Shown here in pieces: positions 20,860 through 30,304 of a DNA stretch of 64,000 bases. Numbering within the stretch: position 1 is the first letter of the stretch; each line of letters begins with the position of its first letter. Location of the stretch: the NCBI GenBank assembly GCA_964360785.1, contig CAYHXX010000002.1, forward strand, positions 92,107 to 156,106, in the 5' to 3' direction. Origin of the DNA: an uncultured Gammaproteobacteria bacterium. GTDB lineage: Bacteria > Patescibacteriota > Microgenomatia > Woykebacterales > RBG-16-39-9b. Below the pieces are notes generated by a model, which ran no database searches, was not told where the DNA came from, and saw only the letters and a list, made by a program, of their open reading frames with translations. Both the position numbers and the translations under genes were made by a program.

Positions 20860-20903
20860 AGGGCTTCTGAGGACCAAGGTTGGTCAACAGAAGCCCTTTT
20901 CTT
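20860..20903 (+). terminator. rho-independent terminator (10-bp stem AGGGCTTCTG/CAGAAGCCCT plus T-run)
   Basis: Perfect 10-bp inverted repeat followed by TTTTCTT. Confidence 0.6.
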
Positions 20904-21175
20904 ATGCCCAAAAGTTGCACCTTAAAAACCAAATAGCAAGCAAAGAAAGAGAGAAACTCCTTGATCTCTCATCAGGGGACACTCCGCAGAAATTAGAAAT
21001 TGCTGAAGGGTGCCCCTTGATGAGAATGCATTTTGCACTCATCGAAGGGTTAACCACGTAACCATCTTCTTTTAAGCGCGCCTTAGGGTGCAGCTTGGGA
21101 GGGTGTTTGGGTAACCAATTCGGTAGTGCATAGGCACTTAGCTTTTGATGGCTAGGACCATCAAGGAGGATCAGA

Positions 21176-24007
21176 ATGGCGACGGACGACGAGAACCCGG
21201 GCGATGAGCCTGAGTATGATGAGGAAGTGCAAGTCAGGCTTTCCAGCGGTTCTGGAGTAATAGCGGAGGCAATCGCCCTAACTGCCAGAAAAGGGGAAAT
21301 TCCCCAAACCGGGCCTCTCACCGACGCAGAGTACAACAACCTCATGGTTCGTCAGTACGAGACGAGCCTTGATGGTCTGCTGCGAACTCTCGTAACCAAT
21401 ACCCGGGTCAACATGCAAGCAATAGACCAGATCGCCCGCACCCTCGGTGCGCTGCGACGCTGGGTCCCGGTTTGGTTTTGGGAGGAAAAAGAAGACAATG
21501 GGCAGTGGAAGACCAACAACCCCTGGAAGCGGGACGAAGCCGGCAAGCCAGCAATCCTATGCAAGGAAGTTAATGGTAAGTCGGTTCCCGACCTCAAGAA
21601 CGGTAAGATCCAGTACGTTCCAAACGATAGCCCAGAGGTAGTCTGGGTACCAGACGTCTCATGGAAATGGGTCTCAGGCCTGGGAATTGAGGCCCTTCGC
21701 AACCTCGGTGATCTGGACCGTAAGCTCGAGTCAGGTGAGATTCGCCACATTCGTAAGTGGTTTCTTTCACCGACGCACAACGAACGCAATGTCATCGGCC
21801 CGCGGGAAGCTTTTGCCAAAGTGCCTAAGCGGGTAGTGCGCCGCTACATTCGCTCACTCCAAAAGCTGCAGAAAATGTTGGAGCAGCGTGGTACGGACTA
21901 CCTCATCGATGACTTCTACACCGGCCGTCGCCCTGAAAAATGGGCTCCAAGCGACCAGTGGCCAGACCTCGAGACTCCTAGGATCAGCCTGAGGAAGCTC
22001 AATATCTACGAGCTCAGCAAGTACGCTGAGTATCGGATCGGTCTGTGTTTCTTTTCCGCCGAACGGCGGTGGAAGTATCTCATGCGTGAGAGGAAGATTG
22101 CCATTGCCTCTCACAAAGCCGTAGACAAGAACGGCAAACGCAAACCCATCACCGACAGGCAGCTCGAAAACGCCATTGAGAAGGCCTACGCGTGGTGGAC
22201 ACCATACGTTCAGCACGAGTTCGTACGACGTTATCTCCCGGACAAGATCAGGGTCAAGAAGCAACCAGATAGTGGGAAGATCCTCGACCTCAGTTTCCGG
22301 TTCGACGGCGTCGACCATCTGCAGACAATCACACCGGCTGAGAGAGCGGACGCTTTCTTCGACGTGGTGAACCAGATATCGTGGATCATTCGTTACCCGA
22401 CAGCTTCGGGAACCAACGAAGTCGATTGGAGCGACTTCCTCGTTTACTTTCCGATCAACGAGGAGATTCGTGACCTGGCTCGTATGGTTGGGCACTTCCA
22501 ACAGTCACGTTCTCGGCAGTGGCGCGCCGACAAGTTCAACTTCTCAGAGAACGAGGCCAACACTGCTGTGGGGGCAGACCACGGTGGTTGTGCCAGTGCC
22601 CGCAGGTGGGAAGACGACATTACCTTTGAAGTCGTTTACTACTTCTGCGAGGCAATGCGACCCGGACTGAAGCCTGAAGACGAGGCTAAAATCCGCTCGC
22701 AGATCGACGACATCACTCTCGAGATCATTCTGTCACAGCATCCGGAGGCATTTCATTCCCGGATGAGCATCAAGGACTGGCGCCAACTTCGGCGTGATCT
22801 AATCGGACCAGTCCATTCCCGTAAGCCCAGAGGCCGCATGCCGGCGAACACGGCTTTCTACGGAGAATTCGACCTTCGGGTCGTTGACATCACCAAAGGA
22901 GCCGGGGAAAATCGCTCCGCGATCTCAGTAGCTCGCGAGGGTGGGGGTTTGAAGTGGAATAGGGACCTCATCCTCAAGGATCTACCGAAGCTAAGACGCT
23001 ACACAGGGGGAGAAATCGCCTTGCTGGCGTCGGAGACTTACTTCTGGCTGTGCCCCTGGGACATCACCAAAAACAACGGGGGTCTCAAGTCAGAGGGGAT
23101 GATCAATGCGTTTGTCAACCGTCTGGGTATCTTCACCCGGGAAGACGGCGAACCGCTGATCGAGATCGTTGACCTTATGGAGTACTGGCAGGAGTACTAC
23201 CGCGACGGGAATATCAGGGCCAAGATGGAGGTCGCCACGATGAAAACCGTGGGTGCCGATACCCCGGTCCACAAACCGGTGAAGATCGACTGGTTCAACC
23301 AGACCGAGATTCGCCGGCAAATCATCTGGAAACAACCTGCCAAAAACATCATCCCGCACCTGCTGGACTACTTTGAAGACCAGAAGCGGGAGCGGGTGGT
23401 GCACATTCGGCCGAATCTCCGCAAGGAGTGGCTCAACGGTCTACCACACACTCTGTGGGAGGATCCTGAGTTCAAGACAGCGGTTGAGCAGCTGAACTAT
23501 CGCTCGGATGAACGCCTGATGGACTGGGCGGGATTCAAGAACCACGGCATTGGGGAATTCTCTGCCCGCGCGGTTCCCCAGAGTTTTGCCGATAGGTTCC
23601 TCGAGGATGGTTTCGCTACCGATAATGGTCTGCCGGACGAAATCGCTATCGAGTGGGCGACTAATCTCGCGATCCTAGGCTGGCTGAGCAGTCAGTTTGA
23701 CAAGGCCATGTATATGGCTCGCGAAATCGTCTACAACCACGAGAAAAACGTGAACGGGTTTGAGCAGGTAGAGATAGTCGGCAAGGCTATGGGTAGTGGT
23801 TTGCACCCGAGGATCGCTTACGCGACAGAGGAGGCAATCACCCATAACCGTATGATCCAATGGCAGCACTTCATAGAGGTTGATGTGCCAGAGGCATTAA
23901 CGGTTCTCGACACCATCTTCAATGAAGTAGAGGCCCACCTGCTAGGAAGGGAGTCATTAGAGGTTTCAAAGCGAGGCGGTGTTTTCGTAGCAATGCGCGC
24001 CGCCTAG
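21176..24007 (+). CDS. large hypothetical protein (943 aa), higher GC than flanking DNA, no recognisable domains
   Basis: Strong SD AAGGAGG 6 nt before the ATG; uninterrupted 2.8-kb ORF; no known catalytic motif identified by eye. Confidence 0.75.
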   Translation: MATDDENPGDEPEYDEEVQVRLSSGSGVIAEAIALTARKGEIPQTGPLTDAEYNNLMVRQYETSLDGLLRTLVTNTRVNMQAIDQIARTLGALRRWVPVWFWEEKEDNGQWKTNNPWKRDEAGKPAILCKEVNGKSVPDLKNGKIQYVPNDSPEVVWVPDVSWKWVSGLGIEALRNLGDLDRKLESGEIRHIRKWFLSPTHNERNVIGPREAFAKVPKRVVRRYIRSLQKLQKMLEQRGTDYLIDDFYTGRRPEKWAPSDQWPDLETPRISLRKLNIYELSKYAEYRIGLCFFSAERRWKYLMRERKIAIASHKAVDKNGKRKPITDRQLENAIEKAYAWWTPYVQHEFVRRYLPDKIRVKKQPDSGKILDLSFRFDGVDHLQTITPAERADAFFDVVNQISWIIRYPTASGTNEVDWSDFLVYFPINEEIRDLARMVGHFQQSRSRQWRADKFNFSENEANTAVGADHGGCASARRWEDDITFEVVYYFCEAMRPGLKPEDEAKIRSQIDDITLEIILSQHPEAFHSRMSIKDWRQLRRDLIGPVHSRKPRGRMPANTAFYGEFDLRVVDITKGAGENRSAISVAREGGGLKWNRDLILKDLPKLRRYTGGEIALLASETYFWLCPWDITKNNGGLKSEGMINAFVNRLGIFTREDGEPLIEIVDLMEYWQEYYRDGNIRAKMEVATMKTVGADTPVHKPVKIDWFNQTEIRRQIIWKQPAKNIIPHLLDYFEDQKRERVVHIRPNLRKEWLNGLPHTLWEDPEFKTAVEQLNYRSDERLMDWAGFKNHGIGEFSARAVPQSFADRFLEDGFATDNGLPDEIAIEWATNLAILGWLSSQFDKAMYMAREIVYNHEKNVNGFEQVEIVGKAMGSGLHPRIAYATEEAITHNRMIQWQHFIEVDVPEALTVLDTIFNEVEAHLLGRESLEVSKRGGVFVAMRAA

Positions 24008-24075
24008 CACCCAGACCGCCCGGTAGTTTCCGAAAGGAGCACCGGGCGGTTTTTCATATCTAAAGTACTTCATTC

Positions 24076-26052
24076 CTAAGGTTTACCTCGTCCCGGAGGT
24101 TTAACTGCTTTTTCCAAATCATCCACAGAGAGATGTGGGTTTTGTTTGCCCAGCTCACGCATTTGTTTAATCTGGTCAGTTGAGAAGTGTGTGAACTTAA
24201 CTCCCCGTGAACCAGCCCAATTTTGTAATTCCTCTACTTCTTCGCGACCTACCTCTCTCCGTACACTTGGATCCTCGGCACCAGGACTTGTCTGCACAAT
24301 ACCCCGAGCTATTTTTGCCCGTAAACCTGGATTTTCAGTCGCGCCCTCATGAATTTCTCCAACCTTTATACCAACTGGTTTACCATCCGGCCCCATGTGC
24401 GTAAACTGTTGAACATTTGTCGGTGCAGGTCTGGGTCCCCAACCGGCATTTCTCAAGCCAGTCAGACCCTGACCAACCGTTCCGCGCAAAGCGGTGACAC
24501 CACTCAGAGACCTACCTAAATTACCAGCAGCTTTTAGTCCGGCCATCGGTACAGCTACCGGAGCAGCGAGGACGCCGGCTCCGAGACCACCTTTGACATC
24601 AAAGCTATCAAGCTTGAACATTTTTTCCAGGAATACCGGGACTTTGGTGGCAAAGAAGATCATTCCCATGCCAATAAAGTAAGCAATATTTAGGATATCT
24701 CCTTGGAGGGGGTCTGGTGCTGAGATAGCCCCTTGCAGTTCTCCCCCGACTGGCCGCGTTTGGGCAATCAAACCCATTGCAAGATAAATCAAGAAAAGAA
24801 TTATTGGGAAGGCAATTGTATTGACAAACATGCGTTTGAACCAATTGATAGTAACTGACTCAAAACCAGGAATCGCGCCAAGCAAAAACATCAACGGTGC
24901 AAAGACAGTGTAAAGTACCATGTAAGCGAAGTTTTTGATCAAGATCCAGAAAAGATAAATACCGACAATCAAGAGCATCAGTCGTATGAAAATCTCAAAA
25001 ATAAGTGCAATGAAAAGTATAGAAAATGTCCCTCCTGGGAAGATTCCACCAATGGGAGAGCACAAGATAGATTGCCAATTGAAGGCTGTTCCTAGTGAGA
25101 AAGCTGTAAATAGTGGGAACCATACAAATTCTCCTCCAAAAGCTGAGGACCAGGTTGAAAGCGTTCCACCAAAGAAGTTACGAACCAGGGAGACAGAGAT
25201 ATTTATAAAATCGACAAATAAGCCGGAAATAGCAAAACTGAAGACAATCAGAACCAAAGCGATAGCAAAACGAGGCAGCGAGTTGGTTGCGGTTACCACG
25301 GTTTTTGGGTCAAGCCGACGGCGCAGCATCACCATAAAGCCAATAATGATCAGAGCAATAACCATGAAGACAATTGCGAGTTGTTCCATCTTGCTCCACA
25401 CTTTGCGGATACCTTCCCCAAGATGCTGGGTACCCTGACCCTGAGCGTTGGCATCTCTGATACCCAGGACGTTGCTCTTGAACTCATCCACTAGGTAAGT
25501 GCTGGAGTAACTATTAGAGGCAGAAGTGAAAAACCCATTAAGTCCAAAATCTAGAGCCACAAAAGCACTGAAGTCTGGCTGACCAGCGTTTGTCGTTGAT
25601 AGCGGTGCGGTGTCTGAGGCATCACTGATGAGGTTGTTAAAAACACCGTTACAGAAACTAGCCCAGAGGTCCATCCGAATACCCAGAACCTCGCCAACAA
25701 GCTTTAGGGCCTGGATGACAAATTTTTTGAGAAATTCGCCGAGATGGCTGGTAATATATTTAAAAATTTTCTCAGGTAGGTTGGTTATCGCTCCAACGAC
25801 TCCGCTAAGATCAATCCCACCAAATGGGTTGGGGATATCAACTTGTTGAACCCGACCAGTTTCTGTCCGACCACCAGGAACGGGAACTGTTTGTTGGTCT
25901 GTGGGAACAGTTTGCGTGTACTGGATGTTTGTGGGTAGTGTTTGGGCTTTTGTAGCTGGGGCCAAAATTGTGAAGGAAGAACAGAGAAGTACTAGCGAGA
26001 GGACTAGATTTCTAACGAAGTAGTATTTTTTGCGGCTTTGCAAAAACTTCAT
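24076..26052 (-). CDS. VirB6/TrbL-like polytopic membrane protein (658 aa)
   Basis: Signal peptide, large N-terminal exodomain, at least six TM helices, Gly-rich C-terminal tail. Confidence 0.5.
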   Translation of the reverse strand: MKFLQSRKKYYFVRNLVLSLVLLCSSFTILAPATKAQTLPTNIQYTQTVPTDQQTVPVPGGRTETGRVQQVDIPNPFGGIDLSGVVGAITNLPEKIFKYITSHLGEFLKKFVIQALKLVGEVLGIRMDLWASFCNGVFNNLISDASDTAPLSTTNAGQPDFSAFVALDFGLNGFFTSASNSYSSTYLVDEFKSNVLGIRDANAQGQGTQHLGEGIRKVWSKMEQLAIVFMVIALIIIGFMVMLRRRLDPKTVVTATNSLPRFAIALVLIVFSFAISGLFVDFINISVSLVRNFFGGTLSTWSSAFGGEFVWFPLFTAFSLGTAFNWQSILCSPIGGIFPGGTFSILFIALIFEIFIRLMLLIVGIYLFWILIKNFAYMVLYTVFAPLMFLLGAIPGFESVTINWFKRMFVNTIAFPIILFLIYLAMGLIAQTRPVGGELQGAISAPDPLQGDILNIAYFIGMGMIFFATKVPVFLEKMFKLDSFDVKGGLGAGVLAAPVAVPMAGLKAAGNLGRSLSGVTALRGTVGQGLTGLRNAGWGPRPAPTNVQQFTHMGPDGKPVGIKVGEIHEGATENPGLRAKIARGIVQTSPGAEDPSVRREVGREEVEELQNWAGSRGVKFTHFSTDQIKQMRELGKQNPHLSVDDLEKAVKPPGRGKP

Positions 26053-26235
26053 GGCAGGGTATAGGTATATTATACGCGGACGTATGCAGAAGTATACTGA
26101 CTACATAATACGTTGACGTATATTGATTACATTATACGAAGACGTGTAATGAATACATTATAGTTAGCCTGTATTTCAAAAAGCAAGGCCACGCTTGTCT
26201 TTGAAGACTTAAAAAGTTTAGAATTGAGCTAAACT

Positions 26236-28338
26236 ATGCCCTACTATCCTGACCCTGAAGAAGCTCCAGAACCCTCGGAAGACTTTTCCCCACAACAAAG
26301 TGGCGGTGGTTCCTCCGAAGAAGACGAACGCCGTAGTGGTCGTAGTCAACTAGACAATCTCCAAGATGCCAACCGTTTGCGCGAAAAACTTTCTGGAAAA
26401 GGCGAAGGCGGTGCTGGAGCGACAGATGCTGCTGGAACTGCTGGGGCTGGTGGAGAAATGGCGGGTGAGGGAGCAGGAACCGCAACTGGAAGTGCCGGAG
26501 GCGCTGCTGTTACAGGTTCAGGTGGTGCTGCAGCTAGCAGTGCTGGTGGGGCCGCAGCTTCTGCTACAGCAGGTGGTGCAGGTGCGGCAACCGGAACTAT
26601 TGCTACAGGAGGCGCGGCTGTCTCTACCTCAGCTGGGGTTGGGGTCGGAGGGGCACTTTCATCGACTGGAGTGGGTGCGTTAGTAGGAGCGCCATTAATA
26701 GCCGCGTCAGCGGCAACAAACGATAAAGGACGTAAAGCTATAATTTTTGGTGGTTGCGGTTGTTTAAGTCTAGTCGTATTTTTGGCGGTAGGAGTGATGG
26801 GAGCTTTTGTTGGTGGTGGGAACGGGGAGGCAGCGGGTGATGGTGGCAATAATTCAAGCCGCTTAACGATTTCTAAAACAGTAACTCCAAATATTATTCC
26901 CAAAGGAACGGCGAATGCCGTGGTTACCTATACCATTACTGTGAAAAATCAGTCGGATAAAGATGCCGCTAATGTGGTGGTCTCTGATACTTTTTCAAGC
27001 GCACCTGGGGAGGCAACGGCATTTGCAGCTAGCATTACTGGCTATGAAGCTTCTTATTCGATCGGTATACTCTCGCCTGGTCAAACCAACACCAAGACTT
27101 TTACTGTTACTATCCCCAACACCGATTTCGATCCTGGTTGGGTACTAACCAACCTAGCAACCGTCACCGGAAGCATTGATAGTGGTAATGAATCTTCAAG
27201 TGCAAATGCAACTATAATAATCGGCAACCCACCAATAATCCCGCCAACTGGTTGCCCGATGGATGGTGACATCACTACTCCTTATGGTTCTAATATCCCA
27301 GGCTATGTTGTCGTAGATGGTAAAATACTCGACCATGATGGTGTTGATTTGGGAAACCACAAAAAAGATAACGCGCCGGTTTACGCAACCATCAGTGGTA
27401 TTCTCACCTATGCAAACTACAACTCGCAAAACAACGGTGAACTAACCCAAAGGATTATTATCAGTAACGGGATTTATCAAGTGGAATACTTTCACCTTTC
27501 TGAAAACGGTAAAGCCCCTGAAGGCCCAGTTGTGATTGGACAAAAAATTGGTAATGAGGATGAGACTGGTTATACTGCTGGGGAGCACTTGCATTATGAA
27601 ATCAGGGTCAATGGTAACCGCGTCAACCCAACGGAGTTTATGTCAGCAAGTCTTAATTATACCCAACCAGCAGCTAATGACTTTACTGGCTTTGAGGACT
27701 TGGATCCTTGGGGGACTTGCAACACATTGCCGCAAGAGCCAATAACTAACCCCCCGCCACTGCCACCGGTTGCTTCCGAATACTTTAACTTTTCAGATGC
27801 TGGTGATAAAGCTTGGACCCAAGCTGAAAAAGACGCCGTTTCCAAAGCAATACTGACACCGGTACAATCAGCCACCTGGAAGAATTTGGTCTTTGGTGCT
27901 GGTAAGGTTACCATTACTCGCAGTTTTGCTGACACATCTTGCCCGGACGTTTGTAGTGGTTATGCATCTGGAGCAAACACCTTAATTTTAAGGGATTACT
28001 TTTTCACTCTCCCTGATAACGGTCAGGTATTTGTGATCACCCACGAGTTAACCCATATTCTTCAGAAAAGAAGTCCGCAAGTTGAAACAGCTTTTAGAGC
28101 AAGCCCTGCCTACCAAGAATTTTTGGATAAGGGAGTTGTCCGTAGCTACCCACTTTGTTCCGGCTCTGGTGAGACTTGCCCTGGATACGACGATATCACC
28201 CCTTTTAACGAAAATTTTGCAGAAATGGCGGGAAACTATGTTGCTGATCGGAATAATTACCCGCTGGATTTTCCGTTAGAATATCCAGAGCATTACAAAT
28301 TTGCACGCGACAGTCTTTTTGGAGGGACAAGCTTCTAA
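26236..28338 (+). CDS. multidomain cell-wall hydrolase: Gly/Ala-rich N-tail, TM, DUF11 repeat, M23 peptidase, HExxH metalloprotease-like domain
   Basis: M23 motifs HDGVDLG and GEHLHYEIRVNGNRVNP; HELTHILQ; DUF11-like TYTITVKNQSD. Confidence 0.75.
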   Translation: MPYYPDPEEAPEPSEDFSPQQSGGGSSEEDERRSGRSQLDNLQDANRLREKLSGKGEGGAGATDAAGTAGAGGEMAGEGAGTATGSAGGAAVTGSGGAAASSAGGAAASATAGGAGAATGTIATGGAAVSTSAGVGVGGALSSTGVGALVGAPLIAASAATNDKGRKAIIFGGCGCLSLVVFLAVGVMGAFVGGGNGEAAGDGGNNSSRLTISKTVTPNIIPKGTANAVVTYTITVKNQSDKDAANVVVSDTFSSAPGEATAFAASITGYEASYSIGILSPGQTNTKTFTVTIPNTDFDPGWVLTNLATVTGSIDSGNESSSANATIIIGNPPIIPPTGCPMDGDITTPYGSNIPGYVVVDGKILDHDGVDLGNHKKDNAPVYATISGILTYANYNSQNNGELTQRIIISNGIYQVEYFHLSENGKAPEGPVVIGQKIGNEDETGYTAGEHLHYEIRVNGNRVNPTEFMSASLNYTQPAANDFTGFEDLDPWGTCNTLPQEPITNPPPLPPVASEYFNFSDAGDKAWTQAEKDAVSKAILTPVQSATWKNLVFGAGKVTITRSFADTSCPDVCSGYASGANTLILRDYFFTLPDNGQVFVITHELTHILQKRSPQVETAFRASPAYQEFLDKGVVRSYPLCSGSGETCPGYDDITPFNENFAEMAGNYVADRNNYPLDFPLEYPEHYKFARDSLFGGTSF

Positions 28339-29352
28339 ATGGAAATTCAAAAACTGCGCTATTTGTTTGGGGACGTTTTCAAAATATGTTTGATAACGAC
28401 CTTAGTAGGTGTTGTAATCTTTGGTGTTTATGCCTTTGTTACGCGTGACAATGACATTTACGGAAAGCTGCCAAAACCCTATTTTCAAAACTCTCTTACC
28501 AGGGAAGTCGTCTGGGATGCCTCCGCAGTTTCACTTGATACACCAGCACAGGAGGTGGTGTTTAAAGTTAAAAACCGCAAAATTTCTCGGGAGCAGTCCT
28601 GGGGATTAGCAGGAAAGTTGGGATTACCCAGGGGTGGAACAATCGAGTTGGATAAAAATAAGGACGAGCATTACTACACAAAAAATGCTACATCTGAGTT
28701 ATCCATTAATCTTACAGACGGAAGTGTACATTACAAAAACTCAGGAGTAACTGCCTCCACCTTAGCAACTTCAACTATAAATAAAACCCAGGCTGCTGCT
28801 GAGGCAAAAAAGTTCGTCGCTGGTTTAGGTATAAATACAAAGACTTATGATCTAAAGCAACCTAAATATGAATTTTTGCAACGTACCCCAGGATCAAACC
28901 ATCTGAGTGAGGTAAAGGAAAACAAGGCAAACATCGTTTATGTTTCTTTTAATCGGAAAATTGATGGTGTTGATGTTGTGACAGTCGGTGGTTTTGACTC
29001 TCTGTCAATTGGTTTAAATAATCAAAATCAAGTAATAAGCCTTAACTACTCGGTACTTGAAGTAATTGCCGATACAAACGCTAGTTACAAACTAATTTCA
29101 GAGGGTAGTGCTCAAAGCAAAATCAAAAAAGGTCAGGGAAATCTAAACCGTTATCTTATCGATGCTGAAGAAGCAGTCGCTAATCCATCTTTAATCAGTG
29201 TTGGTAAAGGCAAGACTTATTTTTACAATGACCAAAAAACAGAATTCCTCCAACCAATTTATGTTTTCGAGGCCGATGCTGTAACTGGGAACCAGGCGGA
29301 AAAAGCAGAAATTTATCTACCTGCCTTAAAAGATACTTATTTCTCAAAATAG
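28339..29352 (+). CDS. hypothetical membrane-anchored protein (337 aa), coupled to the upstream hydrolase
   Basis: Start abuts the upstream stop; N-terminal TM helix. Confidence 0.6.
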   Translation: MEIQKLRYLFGDVFKICLITTLVGVVIFGVYAFVTRDNDIYGKLPKPYFQNSLTREVVWDASAVSLDTPAQEVVFKVKNRKISREQSWGLAGKLGLPRGGTIELDKNKDEHYYTKNATSELSINLTDGSVHYKNSGVTASTLATSTINKTQAAAEAKKFVAGLGINTKTYDLKQPKYEFLQRTPGSNHLSEVKENKANIVYVSFNRKIDGVDVVTVGGFDSLSIGLNNQNQVISLNYSVLEVIADTNASYKLISEGSAQSKIKKGQGNLNRYLIDAEEAVANPSLISVGKGKTYFYNDQKTEFLQPIYVFEADAVTGNQAEKAEIYLPALKDTYFSK

Positions 29353-29361
29353 CTAACTAGT

Positions 29362-29784
29362 TTATTTACAGAAAGTAGCTGCGTCAGAGCCGGCGGTTGG
29401 TAAGCAGAAACTTCCTAGTCCGGGAATAGCCACAAAACCCACAATAATTGAGATGATTATATAGGCAGAAAGAATCACAATCAAACCGACTACGGCCCAA
29501 GTAAGGGTACCTCGAGCGGAGGTAAGTGCTTTGGGATCTCCTTGGGCGGTAATGAAGGCAACGCCACCTCGGATAAACATAAAAAGTACGGCAAATCCTG
29601 CAAAAGTAGCTATAACGGACACTAGGTTGGCAAAGACAATAACTAAGTCAGAAAGCTTGGCAAAGCCCCCTTCTTGGGGAACAGGAGTTACTGCGAAAGT
29701 GGGGCTAGCAGAAACAATTACTGCAAATGCCGCTAGGAGTAGTGAGCGGAGAAATTTCATGATTACTTTTGAATTAATCACCAA
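29362..29784 (-). CDS. T4SS pilin (TrbC/VirB2-like, CPR type)
   Basis: FIRGGVAFITAQGDPKALTSARGTLTWAVVGLIVIL motif. Confidence 0.7.
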   Translation of the reverse strand: MVINSKVIMKFLRSLLLAAFAVIVSASPTFAVTPVPQEGGFAKLSDLVIVFANLVSVIATFAGFAVLFMFIRGGVAFITAQGDPKALTSARGTLTWAVVGLIVILSAYIIISIIVGFVAIPGLGSFCLPTAGSDAATFCK

Positions 29785-29814
29785 AAGGCTAGCTATTTGA
29801 TGCCTGGAAAAACC

Positions 29815-30210
29815 TTAGCTCCCGCTTCCAGCAGTGTTATCTGTCCCAGGGAACTTGAAATTAAATATATCAATTCCAAAGACTTGGCCCAGTATCAAGG
29901 TAATTGCATAGGCAGCCACGACAACAATCAAACCGACAACAGCGGCAGTGATTCGGTCCCGTGCAGATTGGGCCGCCTTAGCGTCTCCGCCAGCAGTAAT
30001 CCACTGAATACCACCAACAATGATAAAGAAGAAAGTCAGTAATCCAGCGAAAAAGAAGAGTAACGAAAGAGCATTACTCATTAGCTTACCCATTTCTGGA
30101 AAAGGGATTCCACTTTTGTCAAAACCGGTAACGTCTTGAGCAAACGCAGGAGTTGCGGATGCCAGTAAGACTATGGTTGATGAGGCAAGCGACAATAAAC
30201 GTCGCATCAA
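29815..30210 (-). CDS. T4SS pilin paralog
   Basis: GGIQWITAGGDAKAAQSARDRITAAVVGLIVVVAAY. Confidence 0.7.
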   Translation of the reverse strand: MMRRLLSLASSTIVLLASATPAFAQDVTGFDKSGIPFPEMGKLMSNALSLLFFFAGLLTFFFIIVGGIQWITAGGDAKAAQSARDRITAAVVGLIVVVAAYAITLILGQVFGIDIFNFKFPGTDNTAGSGS

Positions 30211-30304
30211 ATAGTCACCTCCTTGAGGTTAGGAATACAAGATTCCTGATTAGAACGCAGTAATAGAGTTATTATATTCATAACAAATCCAGCATTTCAA
30301 GTGG

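Noticed and set aside
20852-21345. ORFs 20852..21061 (plus) and 20902..21345 (minus) between the terminator and the 943-aa gene
   Set aside because: They overlap a strong terminator and the structured leader. They lack an RBS, and their translations are low complexity. They are treated as noncoding leader sequence.
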